DNA of 64,000 nucleotides, from assembly GCF_009914755.1 (NCBI RefSeq), contig NC_060928.1, one strand, 5' to 3'. The stretch comes from the human T2T-CHM13v2.0 reference genome, Homo sapiens. Below are positions 1-15,593 of the stretch, in pieces. Each line of letters starts with the position of its first letter. The first letter of the stretch is position 1. Under the pieces are notes generated by a model. It made no database searches. It was not told the DNA's origin and worked only from the letters and a program-made list of their open reading frames with translations. The translations under genes were made by a program, and so were the position numbers.

Positions 1-896
1 TTATATTTTTTTCTTTAAAAAAGAGAAGTGTTCCAACTTTGCTTTCCATCTGTAATTTAGAGAGACTGTTGATATAATACAGATATTTAAAACAACACAT
101 TTATTTTGTCATTTATAGGTAAAGGTAACATTTTTACAATAAATGAGAAAGTAATTGTTTTATGAAAGAAAACTGAGCAATGGAAAGAACATTGAAATTG
201 AGTATTTGAAATCATTTTCCTCATTATTTCTTTTCCTGAAAATAGTGAGTATCACATAAAAACTCCTACACTCTTAAAAAACTATTAACAGAATCTTGTT
301 TAAAAAATAATAAAAAAATGCAACACTTCTTCCATTCACTTGCAAGAACAACTGACTTACATCAAGGAGATAGAAATTTACTAGCAGTGTTTTAAAAATC
401 AAAATCTTGCATAATCCATGAGTAGAAGCTATTGATTTAGTAAGCACAACCAGTGCAAACCACTTGCATTTGCGTTTATGCTTTTCTCTGCAGTAACATC
501 TTCAGCTATGAAAGCCATTTGAAACATTATTGAAATAAACTAAATAAACTAAACAAAATAGTCACTTTTTGTATTCACAATGGGTTAAACCAGGACTTTT
601 TTAATGGCGAAGAATATTCATTCACATCACTCTCAAAATATCGTCTTTTGGCACCAATAATGAAATATATTATCTTTAAATTAATGTTTATTCCATCTTT
701 ATTTTATGTTTAAAATTCATTCCTGTATGTTTTATGGCATATATGTTAGTATTTGTACATTACATATAAATATACATATATTATAGGTGAAAGCATAAAC
801 ATTTTTACTGAGAAGTCTGAAATCCAAAAAGATTGGTGATAATGTTTTATTAGTCTTTCTACATTTTCTTTCTGGATGTTCATGTTTTTGACCAGC

Positions 897-963
897 AGGT
901 GTCAATATCTGGAAGTGTGGCTGCATTTTGCCTCCAGCCACACTTCCAGATATTGGGGACATC
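897..963. other. Perfect 21-bp inverted repeat (pre-miRNA-like hairpin)
   Basis: CAATATCTGGAAGTGTGGCTG (903-923) is the exact reverse complement of 935-955, with an 11-nt loop. The stem can extend via AGGTGTC/GACATCT past a small bulge. Confidence 0.9.
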
Positions 964-1563
964 TTACCTCACTCAACAGGAAAAGCATTCCGCACTCTTC
1001 CACAAGTTAAAGAAAAGACAATGAATTGACTCTGTTCACTTGGCAAAGCAAAACAAAACAAAAACAGGGAGAGCCTGTTTGCTTGGTCAAAGATAGTGAC
1101 CTGGCAGTGCATTTTTGCATTCATATTTATTAACTGGGTTTTAGGAACAACAGAAGTCTTATTGAACTGCAGGAGATTGCTGAGGGAAAGGGGACACCAG
1201 AACACCATATTTTAAGGCCACCTGATTACTAAGGTGGGCTTGTGGGAGTGGAATGAGTATGTGCTATGGAGCAAGAGATACTTGGTTTGCAATCCTATTG
1301 GTAGTGACCTTGTGCAAGTTAATTAATAGCTCACTGCCTCAGGCAACTAATCTATAAAATACACATTATGATGCCCAAAGCACAAGATGACTATAAGGGT
1401 TACGGAAAGTGGTACGAAGAAAGCATCTATCATTCTGAGGTAACTTACAGACTGAATTTAGGAAAATACAAGCACCCTTAAAATAAAGGCTAACAGGATG
1501 ATTTGCTGTTTCCTGCTTTGGATCAAGGGTGAGAGTTCATTCCAGAATCCAGGGCATTATCAT

Positions 1564-1632
1564 GCTCTCTCTTGATCTCTCTGTCTCTCTTGCTGTCTCT
1601 TTCTTTCTCTCTTATATCTATGTCTCTGTCTA
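1564..1632. repeat. (TC)n-like low-complexity tract
   Basis: Degenerate CT dinucleotide run. Confidence 0.7.
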
Positions 1633-3816
1633 CACACATATATAGCTTTTCTGAGATATAACTGACATGCAATAAATCACACATACTTAAAATGTACAAT
1701 CTGATGACTTTTGAATTTATGTATATACTCATGAAACCAACACAATAAAATTAATAAATACATCTGTCACTCCCCCAAATTTTCTCATGCCTATTTGTAA
1801 TACTTTCTTTTCCCAGCCCCTGCCTATCACCAGGGAATCATCTATTTGCTTTCTGTCACTATAAATGATTTTGCGTTTTCTAGAATTTTACGAAAATAGA
1901 ATATATAATATGAAACTTTTTTGTCTGCCTTATTTTACTCAGCATAATTGTTTTGAGATTCATGCATGCTATTGTTCATTCCTTTTCATTGCTGAGTAGT
2001 ATTCCATTATATAGACATACCATGATGTGTCCACTGACCAATTGATACTTATTTGGATTGTTACCAGATGTGGGCTATTACCAATAAAGCTGTAATGAAA
2101 ATTCTTGTACAAGTTTTTGTGTGGATATATTCTTTTGCTTTGATTGGAGTAAAATGGGCAGGAGTAAAATGACTAGGTCAGATGGTAGGTATGTATTTAT
2201 CTGTTAAGAAATCACAAATTGTTTTCCAAAGCAGATGTATCATTTTATATTCCCACCATCAGTGTATGAGAGTTCCAGTTGCTCAATCTCTGCCCCGCAA
2301 CACTTGAAATGATCAGATATTTGAATTTTAGACACTGTCACTTTAATTTGCATTTCTGTACTAACTTTTGGTGTTAGTACATCTTTTCCTATGTTTATTT
2401 TCCATGTGTATATCTTCTTGGGTGAAGGGTCTATTCAAATCTTTTATTACTTCTTTATCAAATTGTTTGATTTCTTATTGTAAGCATTAGTGTTCTTAAT
2501 GCATTCTGTATGTAAGTCCTTTATCTTATATGTAATTTGCAAATATTTTCTTGCAGTATGTGACTTGTTTTTCAACAATGTCTTTCAAAGAGTCACAGTT
2601 CTTAATTTTGATGAAGTCCAACTGATTCACTCTTTTCTTTTAAGAATTATAATTTTGGCATAGTTTCTAAGAAATCTTTGCTAAATCCAAGGTCACAGAT
2701 TTTTTTTCCTATGTTTTTCGCTAGACACTTGTTAGTTTTAGAATTTACACTTCAGTGTATGACCCACGTTGGGTTAATTATTATATATTATGTGAGATAT
2801 GAACTGAAGAGTTTTTGTTGGGGGAAGGAGTATGGATATCCAATTTTTCTGGCATCATTTTTTTAAAACACTAATTTTCTTCATAGAAATTCTTCTGTAC
2901 CTTGTTTGAAAGTCAACTGACCATATATGTGCAAGTGTATTCCTGAATTCTCTGTATTCTGTTCAAATAACCTATTTGTCTATATTCACATGAATAGTAT
3001 ATTTTCTGGATTACTGTAGCATTATTAGTCTTGGGACTCAATATTACAAGTCCTCCAACTTTGTTATTCTTAAATTTGTTAGGCTATTCTAGTCTTTTGC
3101 ATTTCCATATGAATTTTAGAATCGGCCTATAGAAGAACCTTTAAAGATATTGTTTTGATATTTTGATTATGATTGCATCAATTATATAGATTGCTTTGAG
3201 ACTAGAATTGACATATTGACAATATTCAGTCTTGTGATACAGGGACACAACACATCTCTCCATTTATGTAAGAATACATTCATTTCTTTTACTAATGTTT
3301 TATAGCTTTTGCGTTATAGATCTTACACATCTTTTGTTACATGCATGACTATGTACTTTATATTTTAATGCTACTATATATGACAAGTTTTAAAATTCAA
3401 ATTTCTGATTTTATTGCTAGCGTACAGAAGCACAGCTGACTTTTGAACATTTATCTTTTATCTTGCAGTGATAATAAACTAATTAGTTCTAGTACCTTTT
3501 TTAAAATTCCACAGGATTTTCTATATTGACAATCATGTAGTCTTTGGATAAAGATCATTTTGTATCTTTGTATCTAATATGAATGTCCTTTTGTTTTACA
3601 TGCCTTAGTGACTAGATCCTCCAACACAACATTAAATATAAACAATGAGAGCAAACATCCTTAGAAGGAAACAGCACTTTTTTTTTCCTTAATTAGGACA
3701 TTAGATGTAGGTTTTTCTTAAATGCTCCTTATCAAATTGAAGAATTTTCTTTCTATTCCTAACGTGATGAGATTTTGACTTTTATCTACTGCTTTTCCTA
3801 CATCTGTTGGTGTGCT

Positions 3817-3849
3817 TGTGTGTGTGTGTATGTGTGTGTGTGTGTGTGT
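3817..3849. repeat. (TG)n microsatellite
   Basis: Direct reading. Confidence 0.9.
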
Positions 3850-5427
3850 TAGTGAATGGTGAGCTACAAATATTAAACTAACCTTACATTTCTAGGATAA
3901 ACCCAATTTGATTATAATGTATTATCTTTTTTATATATTGTTGGATTTGATTTGCTGACATTTTGTTAAGAATTTTTGCATCCTGTGAAATATATTATTC
4001 TTTACTTTTATTGAAATGCATTTTTCTCATGTTAGTATCAGGGTAAGACTGGCTTCCTAGAGTAAGTTGGGAAATATTTCTTCCCACTCAATTTTCTAAA
4101 AGAAAATTTGCATAATTAGTATTATTTCTTCCTTAAATGTTTGGCAGATTTCATCATTGAATGCATCTTTGGCTGGAGTTTTTAATGTGAAGTTTTTTAA
4201 CTTATTTTTTGAATTGTCAAGTGGAGGTAGGGCTATTTGTATTACATATTTATTCTTCAGTAAGCCTTGATGGTTTGTGTCTTTCAAGAAATTTACCCAT
4301 TGCATCCAAGTTGTAGAATATATATACATACATATATATATATATATATAGTTCATTTGATTTCCTATTATCCACTGAATATCTGTAAAATCTGCAATGA
4401 TGTCTCCTCTCTCATTTGTGATATTGGTGATATACGTATTCTTATTTTTTCCTGATTAGTCTGACTGAGGTTTATCTTTTTTTAAAGCTTCTCAAAACAT
4501 CAGCTTTTGATTCCATTAATTTTCTCTCTTGTTTTACTATTTACTATTTTATTCATTTCAATCCTAATTATTATTATTTACTTTCTTCTGCCTACTTTGG
4601 GTTCCATTTGATTTTCTCTTACTATTTTCTTAAGATAGAAGGTTATTTAAGAACTTTATTTTTCACATAGACATTTTGTTCCATAAATTTTCGCTAAGTA
4701 ATACTGCATTGCAAATATATTGACATGCCCTGTTTTTTTATTTTTTTCCTCCATTAAAATGCTCCGATTTCCTTTTTGATTTATTTTTTGACCCATAATT
4801 TACCTAAAATTGTTTTATTTAGTTTTCAGATATTTTGAGATTTTTCAGATATTTTTCTATTATCGATTTCATGTCAATTCCATTTTGGTCAGAGAACATA
4901 CTTTGTATGACTTGAATCCTTTAGAGTTTATTGAGACTTATTTTACGCCCAAATATAATCTATCCTGGTAAATATTCCATGTACACTTGAAAAGAATGTG
5001 CATTTTGTTATTGTTGAGTAGAGTGTTCTATAAATGTCAACTAGGTCGAGTTGGTTGATAGTGTTATTCAAGTCTTCTATATCCTTACTGGTTTTCTGTC
5101 TACTTATTTTATCAATTATTGAGAAATGAATATAGAAATCTTTGATTATTGCCATGGATTTGTCTATTATTTCTATTTCAATTGTACCAGTTTTGCTTAA
5201 TGGGTTTCAAAACTCTTTTGCTAGGTAGATAAACACTTAAGATTGTTAGGTCATCTTAACAAGTTGACACGTTAGTCATTATGAAATGAGCTTCTGTATC
5301 ATTAATGATGTTATTTTCTCTGAAATATATTTTGTCTGATATTAATATACCTATACCAGTTTTCTTTTATAAGTGTTAACTTAGTATATATTTTACCATG
5401 CTTTCGCCTTTAAACTATTTGTGGTTT

Positions 5428-5696
5428 AAATATCGCATGTTCTCACTTATAAGTGGGAGCTGAATAATGAGAACACATGGACATATAGCAGGGAACAACA
5501 CACACTGGGGCCTGTAATAGATTGGTGGGTGGGAGGAGGAATAGCATCAGGAAGAATAGCTAATGGATGCTGGGCTTAATACCTAGATGATGGGATGATC
5601 TGTGCAGCAAACTGCCATGGCACACATTTATTATGCAACAAACCTGCACATCCTGCACATATACCCCTGAACTTAAAATAAAAGCTGGGAAAAAAA
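5428..5696 (+). mobile_element. 5'-truncated L1PA13-16-type 3' end with poly(A)
   Basis: CGCATGTTCTCACTTATAAGTGGGAGCTGAA...GGGCTTAATACCTAG...CCCCTGAACTTAAAATAAAAG. 16-bp TSD AAACTATTTGTGGTTT at 5412-5427 and 5697-5712. Confidence 0.9.
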
Positions 5697-5805
5697 AAAC
5701 TATTTGTGGTTTTATATTTAAAGTGGATTTCCTACAGGCAGCGTATGATTGGGTCTTGCTTTTTTATCCAATCTGATAATTTCTACATTTTGGTTGGTGT
5801 TTAAA

Positions 5806-6000
5806 GTGGGGATCAATAATCTCTAGCCCACTGGCTAAATCTGGCAGTGGTATGTATTCCTATGGCCTATGAACTAAAAATAGATTTTTATCTATTAAAG
5901 AGTTTGTAGAAAGAACAAAGAAGAAAATGCAACAGAGATTATATGTGGCCCACAAAGTCTAAGATATTTACTATCTGGTCTTTTATAGAAGTTCGCCCAC
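5806..6000 (+). mobile_element. MER58-family hAT-Charlie MITE
   Basis: ATATGTGGCCCACAAAGTCTAAGATATTTACTATCTGGTCTTTTATAGAA resembles the MER58 3' end. Confidence 0.65.
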
Positions 6001-6920
6001 TTCGTTTATTATACCTGTTCTTTGTTCTCTTTTTTTCTTCTTCCTTTAGATTAATTATTTATTGTGATTCCATTTTACTGTCTTCTTGGCTAATCAACTA
6101 TAATTATTTTTGTATTGTTTTAGTTGTTGCATTAGAATTTAGAGTATACAGATGAACTTACAATAGTCAATGCTCAAGCAATATTACACTTCATATATTC
6201 TAAGTCTTAAAATATTTCTCTCCACTTGACCTGTTTGTTATTATTGTCATATGTCTACATATATTATAAATCTCAAAATTGCCATTAGTTTTAATGTAAA
6301 CAGTCATTTTTAAAGATATCTAAATAAGAAAAAATATTTTCTGTTTACCCATGTACTTAACATTATACTCTATTCACCGTTATATAGATACAAATTCCCA
6401 CCTGCTATCATTTCCCTTCTGCTGCAGGGACTCCTTTTAACCTTTCTTGTAATGCATGCCTTCTAGTGGTCAATTATTTTAGCATTTCCATGACTTAAAT
6501 GTCTTTATGTTACCATCATTTTCAAGAAAGAGCTTCCTTGGGTATAGACTCCTAGGTGAATAGTTTTTTCATTACTTTAAAGATCTTGCTCTACTACCTT
6601 CTGATTGAATTGTTTCTGATGAGAAATCTGCTGTCATCCTTATTTTTGTTCTTCTGTATATAATTTATTCCATCACCACCCCTCTTCCTTCTGGCTGCTT
6701 TTATGATTTTATCTTCATTGCGGTTTTGAATGATGTGATTATAAGGAAGCTTAGTGTACATTTATCCATATTGCCATATTTCTGGCCTAGGATTTTTTTT
6801 TTTTTTTTTAGCTCCGTGTACCTGTGGGTTTGAAATTTACAGCAAATTTAGAAATATTTCAACCATGATTTTGTCAAATAATGTTTCTGCTCTCTACCTT
6901 CAGGGATTCCAATTACATGC

Positions 6921-7570
6921 ACAGTTGTCTTTTGATATCCCTGGGGGATTGGTTCCAGGACTCCCTCAGACACCCAGCTCCTACAATGCTCAAGTCTCTT
7001 ATATAAAATAGTGAAGTTATTTGCATATTGCTGTCTTGTATACTTTAAATCATCTCTAGATTAGTTTTAATACCTAATGAAACGTAAATGCTATGTAAAT
7101 ACTTGTTATACTTGGTTCTCTAGGGCACGGGTCCCCAACCCCCAGGCCACAGACAGGAAATGGGCTGCACAGCAGGAGGTGAACTGCAGGCCAGCAAGCA
7201 TTATCGCCTGAGCTCTACAGATCAGTGGTGGCATTAGACTCTCATAGGAGTGCAAGCACTATTGTGAACTGCACGTGCGAGGGATCTAGGTTACACACTC
7301 CTTATGAGAATCTAATGCCTGATGAACTGAGATGGAACAGTTCTTCCCGAAGCCATCCCACCTCCCCCAGTCTGTGGAAAAAATTTCTTCCACAAAACTG
7401 GTCCCCGGTGCCAAAAAGGTTTGGGACCACTGGTCTAGGGAGTAATCACAAAGGAAAAACATCTGTACATATTGAGTACAGACTCAATCATCCTTTTTAA
7501 AAAAATATTTTTGATCTGTGGTTGGTTAAATCTATGGATGCAGAACCCGCAGATACAGAGAACCCACTGT
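6921..7570 (+). mobile_element. MER2 (Tigger-type MITE), split by MER1B
   Basis: CAGTTGTC...GGGGGATTGGTTCCAGGAC start and GGATGCAGAACCCGCAGATACAGAG...ACTG end. Confidence 0.8.
7126..7432 (+). mobile_element. MER1B hAT-Charlie MITE
   Basis: GGGTCCCCAACCCCCAGGCCAC...GGTGCCAAAAAGGTTTGGGACCACTG. 8-bp TSD CTCTAGGG/GTCTAGGG. Confidence 0.85.
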
Positions 7571-8239
7571 CTGTTACTCTACTTGAAGCTGATCATTTAT
7601 TTTTTGCTGCTTCATTTTGGATGACGCTTATTTCTATTTCTCCAAGTTCACTAATATTTTCCTCAGTAAAGCCTAATCTTTCCTTGCAGTTGATCCTTAT
7701 TATTTGCAGATTCTTTACTTGTAAATTCACCTCTTGCTAAAATGCATTTGTAACCCCCAAATCAATACTTGCTGTGCTTTTAAAGTCGTTCATGGTCATT
7801 AGTAAACTAGCAAAAAAATTTTGAGTTATTCCCAGTTGAGGTCAAACAAGACAACACTCTGCCTTCTGGTTTCACCTCTCATAAGGTAAATAAATACCTG
7901 TTTTTGTGGTCTACTTATTGCCACAGTTTTACATTTTTGTACTTTTTATCTTAATTTCACTGTTCAAAATGAGCCCCAAACTGTTCAAAATAGGGCCAAA
8001 GTGCTGTTTAGTGTTCCTAACACCAGAAGGCTGTGATATGCCTTGTGGAGAAAACGTATGTGTTAGACAAGCTTTGTTCAGCATGACTTACAGTGCCGTT
8101 GGCCATGAGTTCAATGTTAATCCATTAACAATGTATATTAAATAGGGTGTCTTTAAACAGACACAAATATAAAACAAAATCTTATATTGATTGGTTGAGG
8201 AAAATTTTGTGACCAGAAACTCACAGGAATCTAATCCTA

Positions 8240-8935
8240 TGCTATGATTTAAAGGTACATGGGCCCCCAAAATGTATATGTTGGAACCTAAGGCCAAATG
8301 TGATAGTATTAAGAGACAGAACCTTCATTAGGTGATTAGGCCATGAGGGTTCTACCTTCATGAATGAGATGAGTCCCTTTATACAAGGGATTTAAGGGGC
8401 GAGTTCAGCTTCTCTGATCCTTCTATCTCTTCTGCCATGTGAGGACACAGCATTCAAAGTGCCATTTTGGAAGCAGAGACTAGGGCCTTCACCAGACATT
8501 GAAACTTAACCTTGGAATTCCCAGCCTCTGTATTTGTGAAGAATTAGATTCCTTTCTTTTTTTCTTCCTTCTTTTTTTTTTCTCTGTTTCATTTTTTTTT
8601 CTTTTGAGACAGGATCTTGTTTTGTTACCCAGGCTGGAGTACAGTAACATGATCATGGCTTACTGCAGCCTTGACTTCTTGGGTTCAAGTGATCCTCCCA
8701 CTTCAGCTTCCCAAGAAGCTGGACTACAGGCACATGCTACCATGCTCAGCTAATTCTTTTATTTGTTGTAGAGACAGAGTCTCTCTATGTTGCTCAGGCT
8801 GGTCTCAAGCACCTGAGCTCAAAAGTGATCCTCTCACTTCAGCCGATCAACGTGCTGGGATTAAAGGTGTGAGCTGTTCTTTATAAATTACTCAGTATCA
8901 GACATTATATTTCAGCGGCAAAAGTGGACTGAGAC
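8240..8935 (+). mobile_element. MaLR solo LTR (MSTD/MLT1A-like), split by AluJ
   Basis: TGCTATG start, CTGCCATGTGAGGACACAGC core, and TTTATAAATTACTCAGT...GGACTGAGAC end. Approximate 5-bp TSD TCCTA/CCCTA. Confidence 0.8.
8558..8874 (-). mobile_element. AluJ
   Basis: T-rich tail followed by GAGACAGGATCTTG...ATCATGGCTTACTGCAGCC...GATCCTCCCAC (J-type diagnostics). Confidence 0.9.
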
Positions 8936-10488
8936 CCTATATTTTCCCCTAGGGGGAATTGCTCAGTAACCACTAATTTAATGGTCATAACTACTGTGAA
9001 TGGCAAGAATATACAGCATTTTTCATCATGGACATCATTTCACCTGTCTAGAATTTTCTTCTCTATAAGTTTGATTTTGGAAATTTTTATGTGTTCCAAT
9101 TCTTACCATGTTCAATTTCTCCTCTACCTTGTTGAACATATGTAATACAGTTATAACCACAGGTTTTCTACAAATTCTATCATCTGTGTCATTTCTAGAT
9201 CAGTTAGTATTGATTGATTTTTTCCCCTCAACATGAATTGTATTTTCCTGCTTCTTTGCATATCTTTAAATTTTTTATTAGATATCAGACGTTGTGAATT
9301 TTACCTTTTTGAGTGGTTGATATATTTGTATTCCCAACAATATCCTGGAACTGCATTCTAGGATGCAATTAATTTACTTGGAAACAATTTGGTCCTTTCA
9401 AGTCTTGCTTTTACAGCTTTAAATCGAGACTCTTAAGGATCAATGTTTTTAAAACACATTCAAGAATATCTATGAGATATTATGAGTTTTATATAATTGT
9501 GATTAATTTGGTTCCACTTCTGAAACAACTCTCTGGATTACCAGGGTTATTAGCCTTCTGTCTAACTGGTTTTTTTCTGATATTCTAATTTGCAAATTCT
9601 ACCTGGTTTTAGCCTCCCTGATTCCAGTTCTGGCTTCTCAACTTACAGTGACCTCACCCAGGAAGTGCAAGGGGTCAGGGAATTCCCTTTCCTAGTCAAA
9701 GAAAGGGGTGACAGACAGCACCTGGAAAATTGGGTCACTCCCACCCTAACACTGCGCTTTTCCAAAGGTCTTAGCAAACGGCACACCAGGAGATTATATC
9801 CTGTGCATGGCTCAGAGGGTCCTATGCCCATGGAGACTTGCTCATTGCTAGCACAGCAGTCTGAGATCAAACTGCAAGATAGCAGCAAGGCTGGGGAAGG
9901 GGCGCCCGCCATTGCCAAGGCTTGAGTAGGTAAACAAAGCAGCCAGGAAGCTCGAACTGGGTGGAACCCACCACAGCTCAAGGAGGCCTGCCTGCCTCTG
10001 TAGACTCCACCTCTGGGGGCAGGGCATTGCCAAACAAAAGACAGCAGAATCCTCTGCAGACTTAAATGTCCGTGTCTGACAGCTTTGAAGAGAGTAATGG
10101 TCCTCCCAGCATGCAGCTGGAGATCTGAGAATGGACAGACTGCCTCCTCAAGTGGGTCCCTGACCCACGAGTAGCTTAACTGGGAGGCATCCCCCAGTAG
10201 GGGCAGACTGACACCTCACATGGCCAGGTACTCCTCTGAGACAAAACTTCCAGAGGAATGATCAGGCAGCAACATTTGCTGTTCACCAATATCTGCTGTT
10301 CTGCAGCCTCTGCTGCTGATACCCAGGCAAACAGGGCCTGGAGTGCACCTCCAGCAAACTCCAACAGACCTGCAGCTGAGGGTCCTGACTGTTAGAATGA
10401 AAACTACACAAGAAGAAAGGATATTCACACCAAAACCCCATCTGTACATCACCATCATTAAAGACCAAAGGTAGTTAAAACCACGAAG

Positions 10489-11502
10489 ATGTGGAAAAAA
10501 CAGAGCAGAAAAACTGGAAACTTTAAAACTCAGAGCACCTTTCCTTCTCCAAAGGAACACAGCTCCTCACCAGCAATGGAACAAAGCTGGACAGAGAATG
10601 ACTTTGACAAGTTGAGAGAAGAAGGATTCAGATGATCAAACTACTCCAAGCTAAAGGAGGAAGTTCAAACCCATGGCAAAGAAGTTAAAGTCCTTGAAAA
10701 AAAATTAGATGAATGGATAACTAGAATAACCGATGCAGAGAAGTCCTTAAAGGATCTGATGGAGCTAAAAACCAAGGAACAAGAACTACGTGATGAATGC
10801 ACAAGCCTCAGTAGCCAATGTGATCAACTGGAAGAAACAGTATCAGTGATGGAAGATCAAATGAATGAAATGAAACGAGAAGAGAAGTTTAGAGAAAAAA
10901 GAATAAAAAGAAATGAACAAAGCCTCCAAGAAATATGGGACTATGTGAAAAGACCAAATCTACGTCTGATTGGTACCTGAAAGTGATGGGGAGAATGGAA
11001 CCAGTTGGAAACCACTCTGCAGGATATTATCCAGGAGAACTTCCCCAATCTAGCAAGGCAGGCCAACATTCAAATTCAGGAAATACAGAGAATGCCACAA
11101 AGACACTCCTCGAGAAGAGCAACTCCAAGACACATAATTGTCAGATTCACCAAAGTTGAAATGAAGGAAAAAATATTAAGGGCAGCGAGAGAGGAAGGTC
11201 GGGTTACCCACAAAGGGAAGCCTATCAGACTAACAGCTGATCTCTTGGCAGAAACTCTACAAGCCAGAAGAGAGTGGGGGCCAATATTCAACATTCTTAA
11301 AGAAAAGAATTTTCAACCCAGAATCTCATATCCAGCCAAACTAAGCTTCATAAGTGAAGGAGAAATAAAACACTTTACAGACAAGCAAATGCTGAGAGAT
11401 TTTGTCACCACCAGGCCTGCCCTAAAAGAGCTCCTGAAGGAAGCACTAAACATGGAAAGGAACAACCAGTACCAGCCACTGAAAAAACATGCCAAATTGT
11501 AA
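10489..11502 (+). pseudogene. L1 ORF1p, disabled
   Basis: Starts MWKKQSRKTG..., has a premature TGA at 10633-10635 and a frameshift near 10975. C-terminal part ...RPALKELLKEALNMERNNQYQPLKKHAKL is intact. Confidence 0.95.
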
Positions 11503-11565
11503 AAGCCATCGAGGCTAGGAAGAAACTGCACAAACTAACGAACAAAATAACCAGCTAACATCATA

Positions 11566-15371
<3,806 letters not shown>

Positions 15372-15593
15372 ACAATAAGAACACATGGACACAGGAAGGG
15401 GAACATCACACACAGGGGCCTGTTGTGGGGTGGGGGGTGGGGGGAGGGATAGCATTTGGAGATATACCTAATGTTAAATGACGAGTTAATGGGTGCAGCA
15501 CACCAGCATGGCCCATGTATATATATGTAACTAACCAGCACGATGTGCACATGTACCCTAACACTTAAAGTATAATAAAAAATAAAAAAAAAA

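Larger units (their letters stand above)
7687..9016 (-). mobile_element. MER82-like Tigger element, split by a MaLR LTR
   Basis: CAGTTGATCCTTATTATTTGCAGATTC terminus and internal GTGTTCCTAA...GAAGGCTGTGATATGCCTT. It resumes at about 8936 with ATTTTCCCCTAGGGG. Confidence 0.7.
1640..9420 (-). mobile_element. Ancient fragmented L1M (L1MB/MC/MD-type) LINE hosting several nested insertions
   Basis: Antisense L1M 3' end from about 1640. ORF 4943-5155 gives an L1 endonuclease remnant (SRQKTSKDIEDLNNTINQLDLVDIYRTLY...FFSSVHGIFTRIDY). T-rich L1-like sequence resumes at 7570-7685 and 9015-9420. Confidence 0.8.
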
